Shown piece by piece: positions 1 through 9,421 of a stretch of DNA of 64,000 nt (position 1 is the first letter of the stretch; every line of letters begins with the position of its first letter). A model generated the notes under the pieces. The model ran no database searches and was not told where the DNA came from. It saw only the letters and a list, made by a program, of their open reading frames with translations. The translations under genes and the position numbers were made by a program. Source of the DNA: Nannocystales bacterium (lineage in GTDB: Bacteria > Myxococcota_A > Polyangia > Nannocystales > Nannocystaceae). The stretch is taken from contig JBOEGF010000013.1 in the NCBI GenBank assembly GCA_050633305.1, forward strand, positions 250,588 through 314,587, in the 5' to 3' direction.

Positions 1-792
1 GCCGAAACCCGCAAGCCGGTCCGTCGCAACGACCGCCAGAATATCGAGCAGCTTGGTCGCAACACCGTGCACTGCATCATGAGCGTTCCGCTGCTGTACG
101 GCGGAAAAGTCATGGGTGTGATGACGCTGACCAACCGCACCAAGACCGACAAGGACGGGACCGAGGTCCTCAACCCCATGGGCAGGTTCGACGCCGAGGA
201 CCAGCAGCTCCTGCTGGGGCTCGCCGACCAGGCGGCGGTCAACCTGCACAAGGCGCGTCTGTACGACGCATCGATTACCGATCGCCTGACCGGGCTGTAC
301 AACGCACGGCATTTCGAACAACAGATAGGCGACGGCATCGAGACCGCGGCCGATTCCGACGAACCGCTGTGCCTGGCCATCATGGACATCGACCACTTCA
401 AGCGGTTCAACGACACGCATGGACACACGGCCGGGGATTTCGTGCTCGCGGAGACGGCGGCTCTCTTCAATGCAACGCGGCGCGAAGGAGGCAAAGACGC
501 ATGTTTCCGCTACGGCGGAGAAGAGTTCTGCATGGTCCTCCCCAACACGACACTCGCCGAAGCACTCGAGATGCTGGAGGCCTTTCGCGAAGACGTGGCC
601 AGGGCAACGTTCAACTTCGCAGGCGAAGACCTACAGGTGACCGTCTCGGTGGGCGTTGCTTGCTTCCCCGACGACGGAACCACCGGCCCCCTGCTGTTCA
701 AGCAAGCCGACAAGGCACTCTTCGCGGCCAAGGAAGCGGGCCGCAACCGAGTCATGCACCTCCAGGCGAAGCGCTGCGTGGCCGTCGTGTGA
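1..792 (+). CDS. GAF + GGDEF diguanylate cyclase (5'-partial)
   Basis: Frame is open from base 1. GAF tail (MSVPLLYGGKVMGV...FDAEDQQLL), then TDRLTGLYN, MDIDHFKRFNDTHGH, RYGGEEF, TVSVGVA, ADKALFAAKEAGRNRV. Confidence 0.95.
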   Translation, partial: AETRKPVRRNDRQNIEQLGRNTVHCIMSVPLLYGGKVMGVMTLTNRTKTDKDGTEVLNPMGRFDAEDQQLLLGLADQAAVNLHKARLYDASITDRLTGLYNARHFEQQIGDGIETAADSDEPLCLAIMDIDHFKRFNDTHGHTAGDFVLAETAALFNATRREGGKDACFRYGGEEFCMVLPNTTLAEALEMLEAFREDVARATFNFAGEDLQVTVSVGVACFPDDGTTGPLLFKQADKALFAAKEAGRNRVMHLQAKRCVAVV

Positions 793-1042
793 TCCGGGCG
801 CGCCCCTCGAGCGATCGGCGCTGACGACTGTCCTCCTGCGAGGGCCGGGTCGCGTTCTCAAAGCGGACCTCGTCGGATCACAGCCAGACAGCCATTCTCC
901 AACACGAGCGTCTCGTCGTAGGTGAATGCGCCATCCCCTGGCTCGAGCCCCCGCGTGGCGAGGTACTCGATCGCTCGGTGCGATCCCAGGACGGTGGCGG
1001 AGGAGACGGACTCGTGCTCGACCGCAAGAGCGGTTTGCCTCT

Positions 1043-1453
1043 CTAAAGCCCTGTCTTGGCCCGGTATCGCTCAACCCACGAAAAGTCTCCGAGCAGAACA
1101 TGCTCGAGCCGAGCCAGCACGGTCGTGCAGATGTCATGCACACCATGCCGGGCTTTGTCGACCGACCCCACGGGCGACTCGTCTCGAAACAGTTTTCGGG
1201 CGCCTTGGGCGTCGGACCCAGGTGGTGCAACCATCATGGCATGCGCGAGGCCGAGACTCATCTTCACCCCGGTGTTCTCAGGCAGGAACTCGAGCCGAAC
1301 GTCGCCCTCCGGGCCTTCGGCGAAATACAACGTACACAACGGGAACTTCAGCATCATCCCGTCGGGCAGGTCGCTCTCGACGGTGTACGTCGCCGGCCAC
1401 TGGAAGGTGTCCACAACTTCTCGGAACGCTGTCTCGGAAAGATAGGTCTTCAT
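1043..1453 (-). CDS. Hypothetical 136-aa protein, candidate immunity protein
   Basis: ATG 16 nt downstream of the stop of the toxin-like gene, same strand, small soluble protein. The immunity role is inferred from position. Confidence 0.65.
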   Translation of the reverse strand: MKTYLSETAFREVVDTFQWPATYTVESDLPDGMMLKFPLCTLYFAEGPEGDVRLEFLPENTGVKMSLGLAHAMMVAPPGSDAQGARKLFRDESPVGSVDKARHGVHDICTTVLARLEHVLLGDFSWVERYRAKTGL

Positions 1454-1469
1454 ACGAGCGTGTCTTTCA

Positions 1470-3230
1470 TTACCGTCTCACGGCGACCCCATCTGTGCCG
1501 ATTCTATAGCCGTTTTGCTGAAGAAACTGAACCTCGCGGCCGAAGATCGAGCGCACCCTTTGTCCTCCGTTGAGGACGAATTCACCGGTTCGGGTGGTGA
1601 CATAGATCGCGACATCATCGGCCGGATTGGACACGAGCCGGATCGCATCTCCCCTGCGAATCGCCTCTTGGAGCCACGGTCTGTTGACAGTCGTGAAGAA
1701 CTCGTCGGTCACGCGCCTCCAGAACTGCGCTTCGTCGACCTGGCGCAACGCGTGATGCGTTTGCTGAAGTTGCTGCCACCGAGGTGACCTCAAGATGTTG
1801 ATGCCGCCAGGGTTGTCGCCCATGAGGGTGATGCCGTTGATGTCGCCATCGGGGGTCAGTCCACGGCGGGCGACGGTGTTGGTGTCGTCCAGTGTGCCGA
1901 CGATCGTTGTCGTCTTGGTTCGAGAGAGCCGAATGGTGTTGCCTCCGAACAGGGCGCCCCGGCGAGAGACGATCGTCAGGTGCTGACCGCGTACGAATCG
2001 TCCAAACAGGCTGTCACCAGGACTGCGGAGTTCCGCCTCGGCGCCGACTCCGGTCCGAGGAGCGTCGGGCCCGTCGCCGCCGTTGGCCGCCCGTAGTTCG
2101 TCATTCAGATCTGCGTGCGCGGGGGATCGCGACGGCTGGCTTCGCGGACGCCGGAGCGACTCTCGTAAGGTGTCGCGGGCGCGCCTGCCGGCCGCACCGA
2201 GGCGTCGTGCGCTGACCTGGGCTGCGTCCATCGCCCGACTCAGGACCCTCACCGAACGTGCCCAGCGGATGATCATCCCAATGCGGCCCGTGAGTGCGAG
2301 CGCGGCCGCCCCGAGCGTGAAGATGGTGAGCAGAACCGTGGCGATGAGGTAGCCGACGACCCAACCCCGAAAGTGTCCGCGGCGCAGCGCGGAGTCATGG
2401 TTCCACTTGGCGACGAACTCCTCGAACAGCCCCGTGGCGGCCTGCTGAATCGCGCTGAGCGAGAGCGAATCCCACAGCGCTCTCGCCCTGGTGAGTAGCT
2501 CTCCCGCGATGAGGACCTTGATGAAGTCCCAGACCATACCGACCAGATCGAAGATCCCGACGATCATGTCCCAGACGCACTCCAGCGCTCCGTGGATCAG
2601 TCCCCCGATGAACCCAGCACTGAACTTGACCCACTCCCAGGCTTCGCTGGCGGTCCGCACGACGGCATTCCACAGGTCTCTGCGGAACGAACCGGCAGAG
2701 ACTTGCCCCTCGAGCGTGTTGGCAAACTCGACGCTCGGCACCCAAATGAGGTAGTTCGCCCGGGTCTGCGTGGAGTCCCAGGGTCCATCGAGCCTTGCAC
2801 GGTAGACACCCCTTGCCTCTCCCGCGTCACTCCAGTTCGCGTGGACCAACACGTTCACGTAGAAGCGCTCATCACGACCTCTCTCGACCCCCTCGCTGAA
2901 GTGCTGACGGGCGATCTGTTGGGCGGTCTCGCCGGGGCGCACGTAGTGCAGGACTGCATTGGGCTCCGGCGCTCCGACGGAGACTTTGGACTGGTCGACG
3001 TAACCCACGGCTCCGTCATCGGTCGACACCATCAGCCAGCCGGCCGGGCTCCTCAGCCGCAAGATGACAAAAACGCGATCGTTGAAGCGTAGGTTGGCGA
3101 CGGTCCTCGAGCCACTCCCTGGCAGCTCAAACACCGAGACCGCCCCCGACAGCTGCCGAATTCGTCCAAACTCTTCGACCTCGTCGCCGTTGATACTTGG
3201 GAGGTCTGGTACCTGGATGGCGCGACTCAT
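1470..3230 (-). CDS. SH3 + LysM-like protein with hydrophobic helical segment and putative C-terminal toxin domain (polymorphic toxin-like)
   Basis: GGAGG RBS before ATG at 3230. SH3-like (GWLMVSTDDGAVGYV), LysM-like (HYVRPGETAQQIARQH), Gly-rich hydrophobic helices, Pro/Gly linker, distinct C-terminal domain (NRPWLQEAIRRGD...FGREVQFLQQNGY). Confidence 0.75.
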   Translation of the reverse strand: MSRAIQVPDLPSINGDEVEEFGRIRQLSGAVSVFELPGSGSRTVANLRFNDRVFVILRLRSPAGWLMVSTDDGAVGYVDQSKVSVGAPEPNAVLHYVRPGETAQQIARQHFSEGVERGRDERFYVNVLVHANWSDAGEARGVYRARLDGPWDSTQTRANYLIWVPSVEFANTLEGQVSAGSFRRDLWNAVVRTASEAWEWVKFSAGFIGGLIHGALECVWDMIVGIFDLVGMVWDFIKVLIAGELLTRARALWDSLSLSAIQQAATGLFEEFVAKWNHDSALRRGHFRGWVVGYLIATVLLTIFTLGAAALALTGRIGMIIRWARSVRVLSRAMDAAQVSARRLGAAGRRARDTLRESLRRPRSQPSRSPAHADLNDELRAANGGDGPDAPRTGVGAEAELRSPGDSLFGRFVRGQHLTIVSRRGALFGGNTIRLSRTKTTTIVGTLDDTNTVARRGLTPDGDINGITLMGDNPGGINILRSPRWQQLQQTHHALRQVDEAQFWRRVTDEFFTTVNRPWLQEAIRRGDAIRLVSNPADDVAIYVTTRTGEFVLNGGQRVRSIFGREVQFLQQNGYRIGTDGVAVRR

Positions 3231-3442
3231 GTGCTCAACCTCCCCACCCGACGAGCATAACCGCCCTCGCAAGAGGGGCAACTGAACTCGCGGGAACAAT
3301 CTCGCTGGCCACAGCCCGATGTGCGCACGAGGACCGTCCGGAGGATGCGCGATCGCCACCGACCAGGATGGCGGACCGGGGTCGACACTCCCGCCAAACC
3401 AGGCGGTCAGAAAAGACCGGTCGTGCCCCCTACAATACAAGG

Positions 3443-3844
3443 ATGCGGCTGTACGTCTTTGGCAACGGCAACCTCTCCTTCGAAGCGTTCTGTGAGCGCT
3501 ATGTTCCGGCTCTCGAACAAGCGTTGAGCGCTGAGGCAGGCTTCGTCGTATGTGACTTCCGCGGGGCGGATACGCTGACGTTGGAGTGGCTCAAGACGCG
3601 AACGGCGGATGTCGAGGTCCTGCACGTGGGTGAACGCCCGCGCTATCTGCCCGACCGCTACCGAACACGGGTGAGCAACTGGACGATCACCGGCGGGTTC
3701 GCGTCCGACCATGAGCGAGACGAAGCCGCCCTCCAACAATGTACCCATGTTTTAGGCCACGATTTTAACAGCAAACCCGAGCGCATCAGTGGAACCGCCA
3801 AACTCCTTGCGAGAGCAGACGAGCTCGGCCGCTCGCGATGTTGA
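3443..3844 (+). CDS. Stand-alone SLOG-like (YspA/DprA superfamily) protein
   Basis: MRLYVFGNG start, CDFRGADTL, ERDEAALQQCTHVL and SGTAKLL follow the SLOG pattern (GAD; R[ND]; SxGT). Confidence 0.55.
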   Translation: MRLYVFGNGNLSFEAFCERYVPALEQALSAEAGFVVCDFRGADTLTLEWLKTRTADVEVLHVGERPRYLPDRYRTRVSNWTITGGFASDHERDEAALQQCTHVLGHDFNSKPERISGTAKLLARADELGRSRC

Positions 3845-4950
3845 CCCCTCCAAGCCAGTGGGCCGCGCCGATCCAAGGCGCAAGGCCCCGGGCCTCGCTG
3901 CTGTCGTACAGGTACAGCTGGAAGAAGCGGGCGAGCACCTCCTTGTCGGCCAGGCCGACCCTCGCGATCGTCACCGCACCCGTCACGCGTCGGCGAAGCC
4001 CGAGGAGCCCGAAGGCGAGCAGCGCCTGCCATCCGCCCCCGCTGCTTGAATGACAGCCACAGCCCTCGCCGTTGCTGTCCGCACCAGGGGCATCCTCAGA
4101 GACGCCCGAGCTTCCCTCGTCTTCGGGGTCGGGCCTGGGCTCCGGGCCCCCTGTGTCATCGGAAGCCGTACCGCCGCTCAACAGACCGCCGCTGGACGTG
4201 TCCCCCTCGCCATCGTCGTCGTCTGGCGCGGGACCGCAGCTGGACGTGTCCATCGTGCCACCTTCAGCTCCTCCGGTCGAAGTCGTCTCGCCGGGCTCCG
4301 CACTGAAGGGCGTGCCGCAGGTCGCGCTCGGACCATTGGCCCAGGACTCGGAGGTCTGTGACCCGTCATGCGGGGCCAACGGAGACGCGCGGCAGCGCTC
4401 GTCGGGATTCCATGTGCCGTCGGCATCGTGGCAGGGCGAGATGTCGAAACCAGCTCCGCCTTCGATCCACGGCATCACGTGCGCGAAGGTGGAGTAGAGC
4501 GCTCCGTAGCCGCAGTCGTTCTGCTGGTCGGAGGGGAAATCGGGGTGCAGTCGGAGCCCGCTCCGAGCACCCGCCAGCTCCCATCCTCGAGCTGAATGAC
4601 CGCCGGACCCCCACTGTCTCCGGGGCAGGCGCTGGATCCACCGCCGAGCAAGAAGAGGGTCTCGAGAAACACCTGCTCCAGCGTCTGGATGGTGAGCCGC
4701 TTGGTGCCGACGCCCTCGACGTCCTCCCAACCGAACTCGCCGAGGTTGGCTTGCGTGGCGCCATAGCCGACGATCGTCACCTCGGCGCCAGGCTGCAGCG
4801 CGTCGACTTCGCAGCCCATCAGCGGCGGCACGATCGGAACGTCGACGTTTTGCGAGAGCACGCAGTAGGCGACGTCGTAGCCCTCGGTTCCGTCTTCGCC
4901 GTCATAGGTGGGAGGTGTGTCGCAGAACTGAACGCCGACCGTTCCATCGG
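3786..4950 (-). pseudogene. Truncated, frameshifted trypsin-like protease with MYXO-CTERM tail, read through into a GNAT-like fragment
   Basis: YDVAYC and CPGDSGGP in one frame. A 1-nt shift near 4552 (GAGS/RLHPDFP) continues to GCGCHSS...LLGLRRR. No N-terminal His motif or signal peptide. Tail VTIARVGLADKEVLARFFQLYLYDSSE resembles a GNAT N-terminus. Upper boundary approximate. Confidence 0.75.
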
Positions 4951-4997
4951 GGGAGGTTCCGAGGTTGGCTTGACGATCGGTTCTTTGGCTCGCCCGG

Positions 4998-5894
4998 TCA
5001 GCGCCAGGCCCCGACGCGGCGGAACGTCGACGGGCTCATTCCCGTGTGGGCCCGAAACACCCTCGAGAAATGACTCGGACTGGAAAACCCGAGCTCCAGC
5101 CCCAGGCGGCCCACCGGGGTCTCGGTCACCTGCAGCTGGATCTTGGCGGAGGCGACCCGTTCTTGCTGAAGTAAGGCGAATGCTGTCAATCCATAGCGGT
5201 CGCGCAGTGCTGCGTTGAGCGCTCGCGGGGTCGAGCCGACCGCGTGTGCGAGGCCGCCGAGGGACGGTGGGGAGTCGAGTTGTGCGCACAGGCGGTCCCT
5301 TGCGCGCAGCGCGACGTCGTCCGGCGCCGGGTCGGAGTCCTCGAGCTGGGCGAGCAGTTGCATCGCGTACGCCTCCCGCCGCAGCGAGCGCTGGGGAAGG
5401 GCAGGGTCCAGCAAGGCCACTGCGGCGTGCAGCGCGTGCGCATCGAGGCGTTGGGACGTCCTCGCGCCGACCGGTTGGGAAAGATGAAAAATGATCCGTC
5501 GGGCTCGCTGACCACCTGGGGAGACGTGGCGCTGCGTCGTTCCGCGGAGTCGGAGCGCTGTCCCGGGCTCCGCGGACCGCCGGAGCCCGGATTCATAGAC
5601 ATCGAGTGCCCCGTCGACGACGACGACGATGGTCTCCACGACCGGCTTCAATGCGACGCGCGGTTCGCTTACCAGGGCTTGTCGTAACTGGAGGTCGGCC
5701 GTGGAGACCGCTCCTCGGGTGAGCCGACTGCGAACGATGCGGCCTCGACCGACGCTGGGAGGGATTGCATACAGTCCGTCCTTCACGCGGGAAGCGGTGC
5801 CGCCGACGGCAAGGTCCATGCAATGGAAGCGTAGCAGCAGGCGACGGGGTCCGGGGACGCGGTGCGAGCGCAGCCGACTCCGAGATGACAGCAA
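4998..5894 (-). CDS. AraC-family transcriptional regulator
   Basis: C-terminal double HTH: PPSLGGLAHAVGSTPRALN...LGFSSPSHFSRVFRAHTGMSPSTFR. Start uncertain. Confidence 0.9.
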   Translation of the reverse strand: MLSSRSRLRSHRVPGPRRLLLRFHCMDLAVGGTASRVKDGLYAIPPSVGRGRIVRSRLTRGAVSTADLQLRQALVSEPRVALKPVVETIVVVVDGALDVYESGLRRSAEPGTALRLRGTTQRHVSPGGQRARRIIFHLSQPVGARTSQRLDAHALHAAVALLDPALPQRSLRREAYAMQLLAQLEDSDPAPDDVALRARDRLCAQLDSPPSLGGLAHAVGSTPRALNAALRDRYGLTAFALLQQERVASAKIQLQVTETPVGRLGLELGFSSPSHFSRVFRAHTGMSPSTFRRVGAWR

Positions 5895-5944
5895 GCGGTC
5901 GATGTCGTGTCAGCGCCGGAGGGCTCGCCGGTCCAGGCTGACCG

Positions 5945-7057
5945 GTGTTGAAGTTTGCGTCCACTCGTCGGCGGAACCTTGTCGTCGTCTATGCGCTTGT
6001 CGCAGCCGCCGAGGGACTGCCCGCCGCGCTGCTGCTGCCCGTTCGCACGCTGAGCCTGACCCGCCCGATCGGCGCCGTCTCGACGCTGGGCGTTCTTGCT
6101 TCGTCCGCCGCCGCAGCCTCCCTGCTCGGAGGATGGTTGGCGCGGCGTTCGCCGTCCGCGGTTGTTCGGCGCGGGCTGGCCCTGGCCGGGGTTGGGAGCT
6201 GGGGTTGGGCGACCGGGACCGGGTTCGATGAAGCCTGGGCGTTGGTGGTCGGAGCCGGGGTGGGATTGGTGCAACCGGGGGTACTCGCCTTGGGTTGCGT
6301 GGAGGTGCGTCCCGGGCGACAGGGGCGGGAGGTCGGGTTGTATGGCGCGGCGGCGTCCGTTGGGCTGGGCGCTGCCGGCCTTGCGGGAGCGTTCTTTGCG
6401 GGAGCTGTGGAGGTCGGGCTCGTCGGGCTTGGCGCGTTGTTGCTGGTGTCCGTACTCGCGGTCCGCTCGCCGCCTTCGGCCTCCTTCCGCGAGTCGACGG
6501 CGCGGGTTCGACTTCCGTGGAATGCGTGGAGCCTTGCGCTGACCGCGGGTGCACTCCGCTATGGAGTCGTGGCCAGCCTGCCGATCCTGGCGGTGACTCA
6601 ATGGGGGACGACCCGGAGGATCGCCGCGTTGCTGCTCCTGGCGGGCGTTGGCGCCGCGGTTCCGTGCAAGCTGATCATCACAGCCGCGACGGACCGATTC
6701 CCGGCCAACCGCGTCGTGCAGACTTGTGCGTTCGCAGTTCTCATCTGTGGTGGGGCCGTCTTCGAGAGCACGACCGCGCTCACCGGAACAAGCGGCGCTG
6801 TCGTGTTCATCGGCCTCGTTGCGGCCTTGTTGTCGCTGGCGAATCTACAGGCGCTCCGGCTCGATGCGATCGATCCGCTTCAGCTGGGCGTCGTCCGTTG
6901 TGCGCAGCTGGGCGGCGGAGCAGCCACGCTGATGCTGTCCTCGCTGGTGGTTGGCGAGGACGCACGGGTGTGGGTGTACGTCCTGCTGTCATCGCCGCTG
7001 CTGGTGAGCGGATTCCTGCCATCCCTCCGACGTTGGAGTTCTGCAGATGGACGCTGA
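5945..7057 (+). CDS. Divergent MFS-like multi-pass membrane protein
   Basis: 370 aa with roughly 10-12 hydrophobic segments. GGWLARR and ATDRFP are weak motif-A-like sequences. Overlaps the next start codon. Confidence 0.55.
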   Translation: MLKFASTRRRNLVVVYALVAAAEGLPAALLLPVRTLSLTRPIGAVSTLGVLASSAAAASLLGGWLARRSPSAVVRRGLALAGVGSWGWATGTGFDEAWALVVGAGVGLVQPGVLALGCVEVRPGRQGREVGLYGAAASVGLGAAGLAGAFFAGAVEVGLVGLGALLLVSVLAVRSPPSASFRESTARVRLPWNAWSLALTAGALRYGVVASLPILAVTQWGTTRRIAALLLLAGVGAAVPCKLIITAATDRFPANRVVQTCAFAVLICGGAVFESTTALTGTSGAVVFIGLVAALLSLANLQALRLDAIDPLQLGVVRCAQLGGGAATLMLSSLVVGEDARVWVYVLLSSPLLVSGFLPSLRRWSSADGR

Positions 7058-8018
7058 AATCACGCTGAGCCGGCGGGCGCTTCTTGTTCTCGTTTCTGTT
7101 GCCTCCGCAGTCGCATGCAAACCGTTTCATCCCATGAAGGAATCCCCGACTCTCTCCGCATCCCTTCCCTCTCGACTCCGTCGCGTTTCTCTTGGCCCAG
7201 TCGACATCGCGCTACGCTCGACGCCCGGCCAAGGTCTCGCGGTCCTGTATATCCATGGGTCCCTCGAAGACCATCGTGGCTGGCAGGCGACGATCGACGC
7301 GCTGCAACGCCGTCGCTCCTGTCATACCGTGGCATACGATCGGCGGGGCCACGGATGCAGTACAGACGTGTCTGGCCAGGGGACACTGAGCGCCGATGTC
7401 GACGATGCCGAGGCTCTCATTGCGCAGGAGTTGCAAGGCGTCGCGCATGTGATCGGCCATTCCTACGGGGCCACGGTCGCGATGGAGTTGGCACGCCGAT
7501 GCCCGACCCGCGTCGCGAGTCTCTTCCTCCACGAGCCCCCGCTGTTCGGACTGCTGCGCGATGACCCGGACCTCTTCCCCTTGCTGGTCGAAGCGAAAGC
7601 CGGAATGTCGGACGCGATGTCCCTCATTCGTGCCGGAGAGGTCGAGCTTGGCGTCGAAGCCTTCATCGACCGGGTTGCGTTTGGTCCCGGTACGTGGAGG
7701 AACGGAATGGACACCGAAACTCGGGGACGGATGCTGTGCCATGCCGATACCTGGCTCGATCAAGCTCGAGATCCTCAGCGGCTGTCGATCAGCCTCGAAG
7801 GGCTTCGCACGCTGGTGAATCGCGCGACCCTGAGCACAGGGAGCCGGAGCCTCCCGACGTTCGACGCGGTCTCGAAGAGGGTCCTCGAGGCGTTCCCACA
7901 GTTGCGGCGGGTCGTCGTTGATGGTGGTGGCCACGACGCGCCGGCGACACATCCCGAGGTCTTTGCCGATCTCGTCGACGCACACCTTGGGCGGACCCCC
8001 AAGCCCCTCCCGAGCTAA
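7047..8018 (+). CDS. Alpha/beta hydrolase, possible Tat-lipoprotein
   Basis: IHGS, YDRRGHG, nucleophile elbow GHSYG, catalytic His in GGGH. N-terminus SRRALL...AVAC. Alternative start at 7134. Confidence 0.9.
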   Translation: MDAEITLSRRALLVLVSVASAVACKPFHPMKESPTLSASLPSRLRRVSLGPVDIALRSTPGQGLAVLYIHGSLEDHRGWQATIDALQRRRSCHTVAYDRRGHGCSTDVSGQGTLSADVDDAEALIAQELQGVAHVIGHSYGATVAMELARRCPTRVASLFLHEPPLFGLLRDDPDLFPLLVEAKAGMSDAMSLIRAGEVELGVEAFIDRVAFGPGTWRNGMDTETRGRMLCHADTWLDQARDPQRLSISLEGLRTLVNRATLSTGSRSLPTFDAVSKRVLEAFPQLRRVVVDGGGHDAPATHPEVFADLVDAHLGRTPKPLPS

Positions 8019-8150
8019 GGCAACGTGGAGGCCGTTGACAACTGCACCGCCGTTGCAGGCGGTTGGTACTACGACGACCCGATCTCCCGCGCAGATCATC
8101 CTGTGTCCACAAACCTGTGCGCGCTTCGAGGGCGTCGACGAGGCGAGTCG
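8019..8150 (+). pseudogene. Relic C-terminus of a myxobacterial vWA-type lipoprotein
   Basis: GNVEAVDNCTAVAGGWYYDDP, then after a frameshift PAQIILCPQTCARF. No N-terminal part. Boundaries approximate. Confidence 0.5.
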
Positions 8151-9383
8151 CTACGGCGGGTCCGCGTCGGCGGACGAATCCTCGGGGCTGGGCCCGACCG
8201 CCCCTTCAACCGTGGACGCAGAGGGGTCGCCCTCCTCGATGCGCACCCGGTCGATCGCGTCGGTGCGGAGGATGGACTCCGGAGGAACACCTTTGGGAAG
8301 GCGAACCTTGGCCAGCACCTTGCGACGTGGTGAGGGCGGTGCGACCTCGGGCTCGGAGCTGGAACCCAACAGGACCGACACCCAGTGAAGCTCCTCGCTG
8401 CGCTCCAACACCAGCCGGACCACGATGGTCAGCGGCACGGAGAGAAGCCCGCCCATCGGTCCCCAGACCCACAGCCAGAACGCCAGCGAGACGAACACGA
8501 CCAGCGGGGAGATGCCGAGGCGGCGGCCCATGAGCTGAGGCTCGATGATGCTGCCGAAGACGGTGTTGATCACGACGTAGCCGAACCCGACCAACGCGGC
8601 GACACCGATGCCAAGGTCGGGCTGAATCATCGCGGTGATGACGGCGGGAATGGAGGCGATGATCGATCCGACGGTCGGGATGAAGTTGAGCAGGAAGGCG
8701 ACCGTCCCCCACAACAACGGGAAGTCGACACCCAGCGCCCAGAGCAAGAGGGTGGCGGCGGCCCCCGTGACGAGCGAGACGACGGTCTTGATCGCCAGGT
8801 AGCGCTGGATCTCGAGCAGCATCGACTTCCATTGACCCAGATCGTCATCGGGGTCGGAGATCGCGATACGGATCTTCTTGGGGAACGTCGTCGCCTCGAG
8901 CAGCACGAACATCATCGTGAGCAGCACGAGCGCCGTGTTGGAGGCGGCCCCCACGAGTCCTCCGAGGAAGTTCATCGACAGCTCGAGGAACCGCTCGGGG
9001 TGCAGAACCGTGGAGATCTGCGAAGACTCGATCGGGACGCCGTGGGAGCGGGACCAGGCGAGGACCGAGGTTGTGCGTTCTGCCATGGCCGAGCGGTAGC
9101 CCGGAAGGGCTTCTTCGTAGCCCGCGAACGCGGTCGTGAGTAGCGCTCCGAAGCCGACGAGCGCTGCGAACACGAAGGCCAGCGCGATGGTGACAGCGAC
9201 CGGGGCAGGCAGGCGTCGCTCTTCGAGCCAGAGCACAACCGGAGCCACGAGCACCGACAGCAAGACGGCCAAGAGGAATGGCGGCAAGAGCGTATCGGCC
9301 TGGCGCAAGCCCGCGACGATGATCACCAGCGCGGCGATCGTCACGAGCGACTGCGAGCCGAAGCCCCGGGACGAGGTGCTCAT
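8151..9383 (-). CDS. AI-2E (PerM/TqsA-like) family transporter
   Basis: IQRYLAIKTVVS, LLNFIPTVGSIIA, IEPQLMGRRLGISPLVVFVSLAFWLWVWGPMGGLLSVPLT. Confidence 0.93.
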   Translation of the reverse strand: MSTSSRGFGSQSLVTIAALVIIVAGLRQADTLLPPFLLAVLLSVLVAPVVLWLEERRLPAPVAVTIALAFVFAALVGFGALLTTAFAGYEEALPGYRSAMAERTTSVLAWSRSHGVPIESSQISTVLHPERFLELSMNFLGGLVGAASNTALVLLTMMFVLLEATTFPKKIRIAISDPDDDLGQWKSMLLEIQRYLAIKTVVSLVTGAAATLLLWALGVDFPLLWGTVAFLLNFIPTVGSIIASIPAVITAMIQPDLGIGVAALVGFGYVVINTVFGSIIEPQLMGRRLGISPLVVFVSLAFWLWVWGPMGGLLSVPLTIVVRLVLERSEELHWVSVLLGSSSEPEVAPPSPRRKVLAKVRLPKGVPPESILRTDAIDRVRIEEGDPSASTVEGAVGPSPEDSSADADPP

Positions 9384-9421
9384 GGGCCGGGCGAGTATAG
9401 CCCGTTGTCGAGCTCGTGCCC

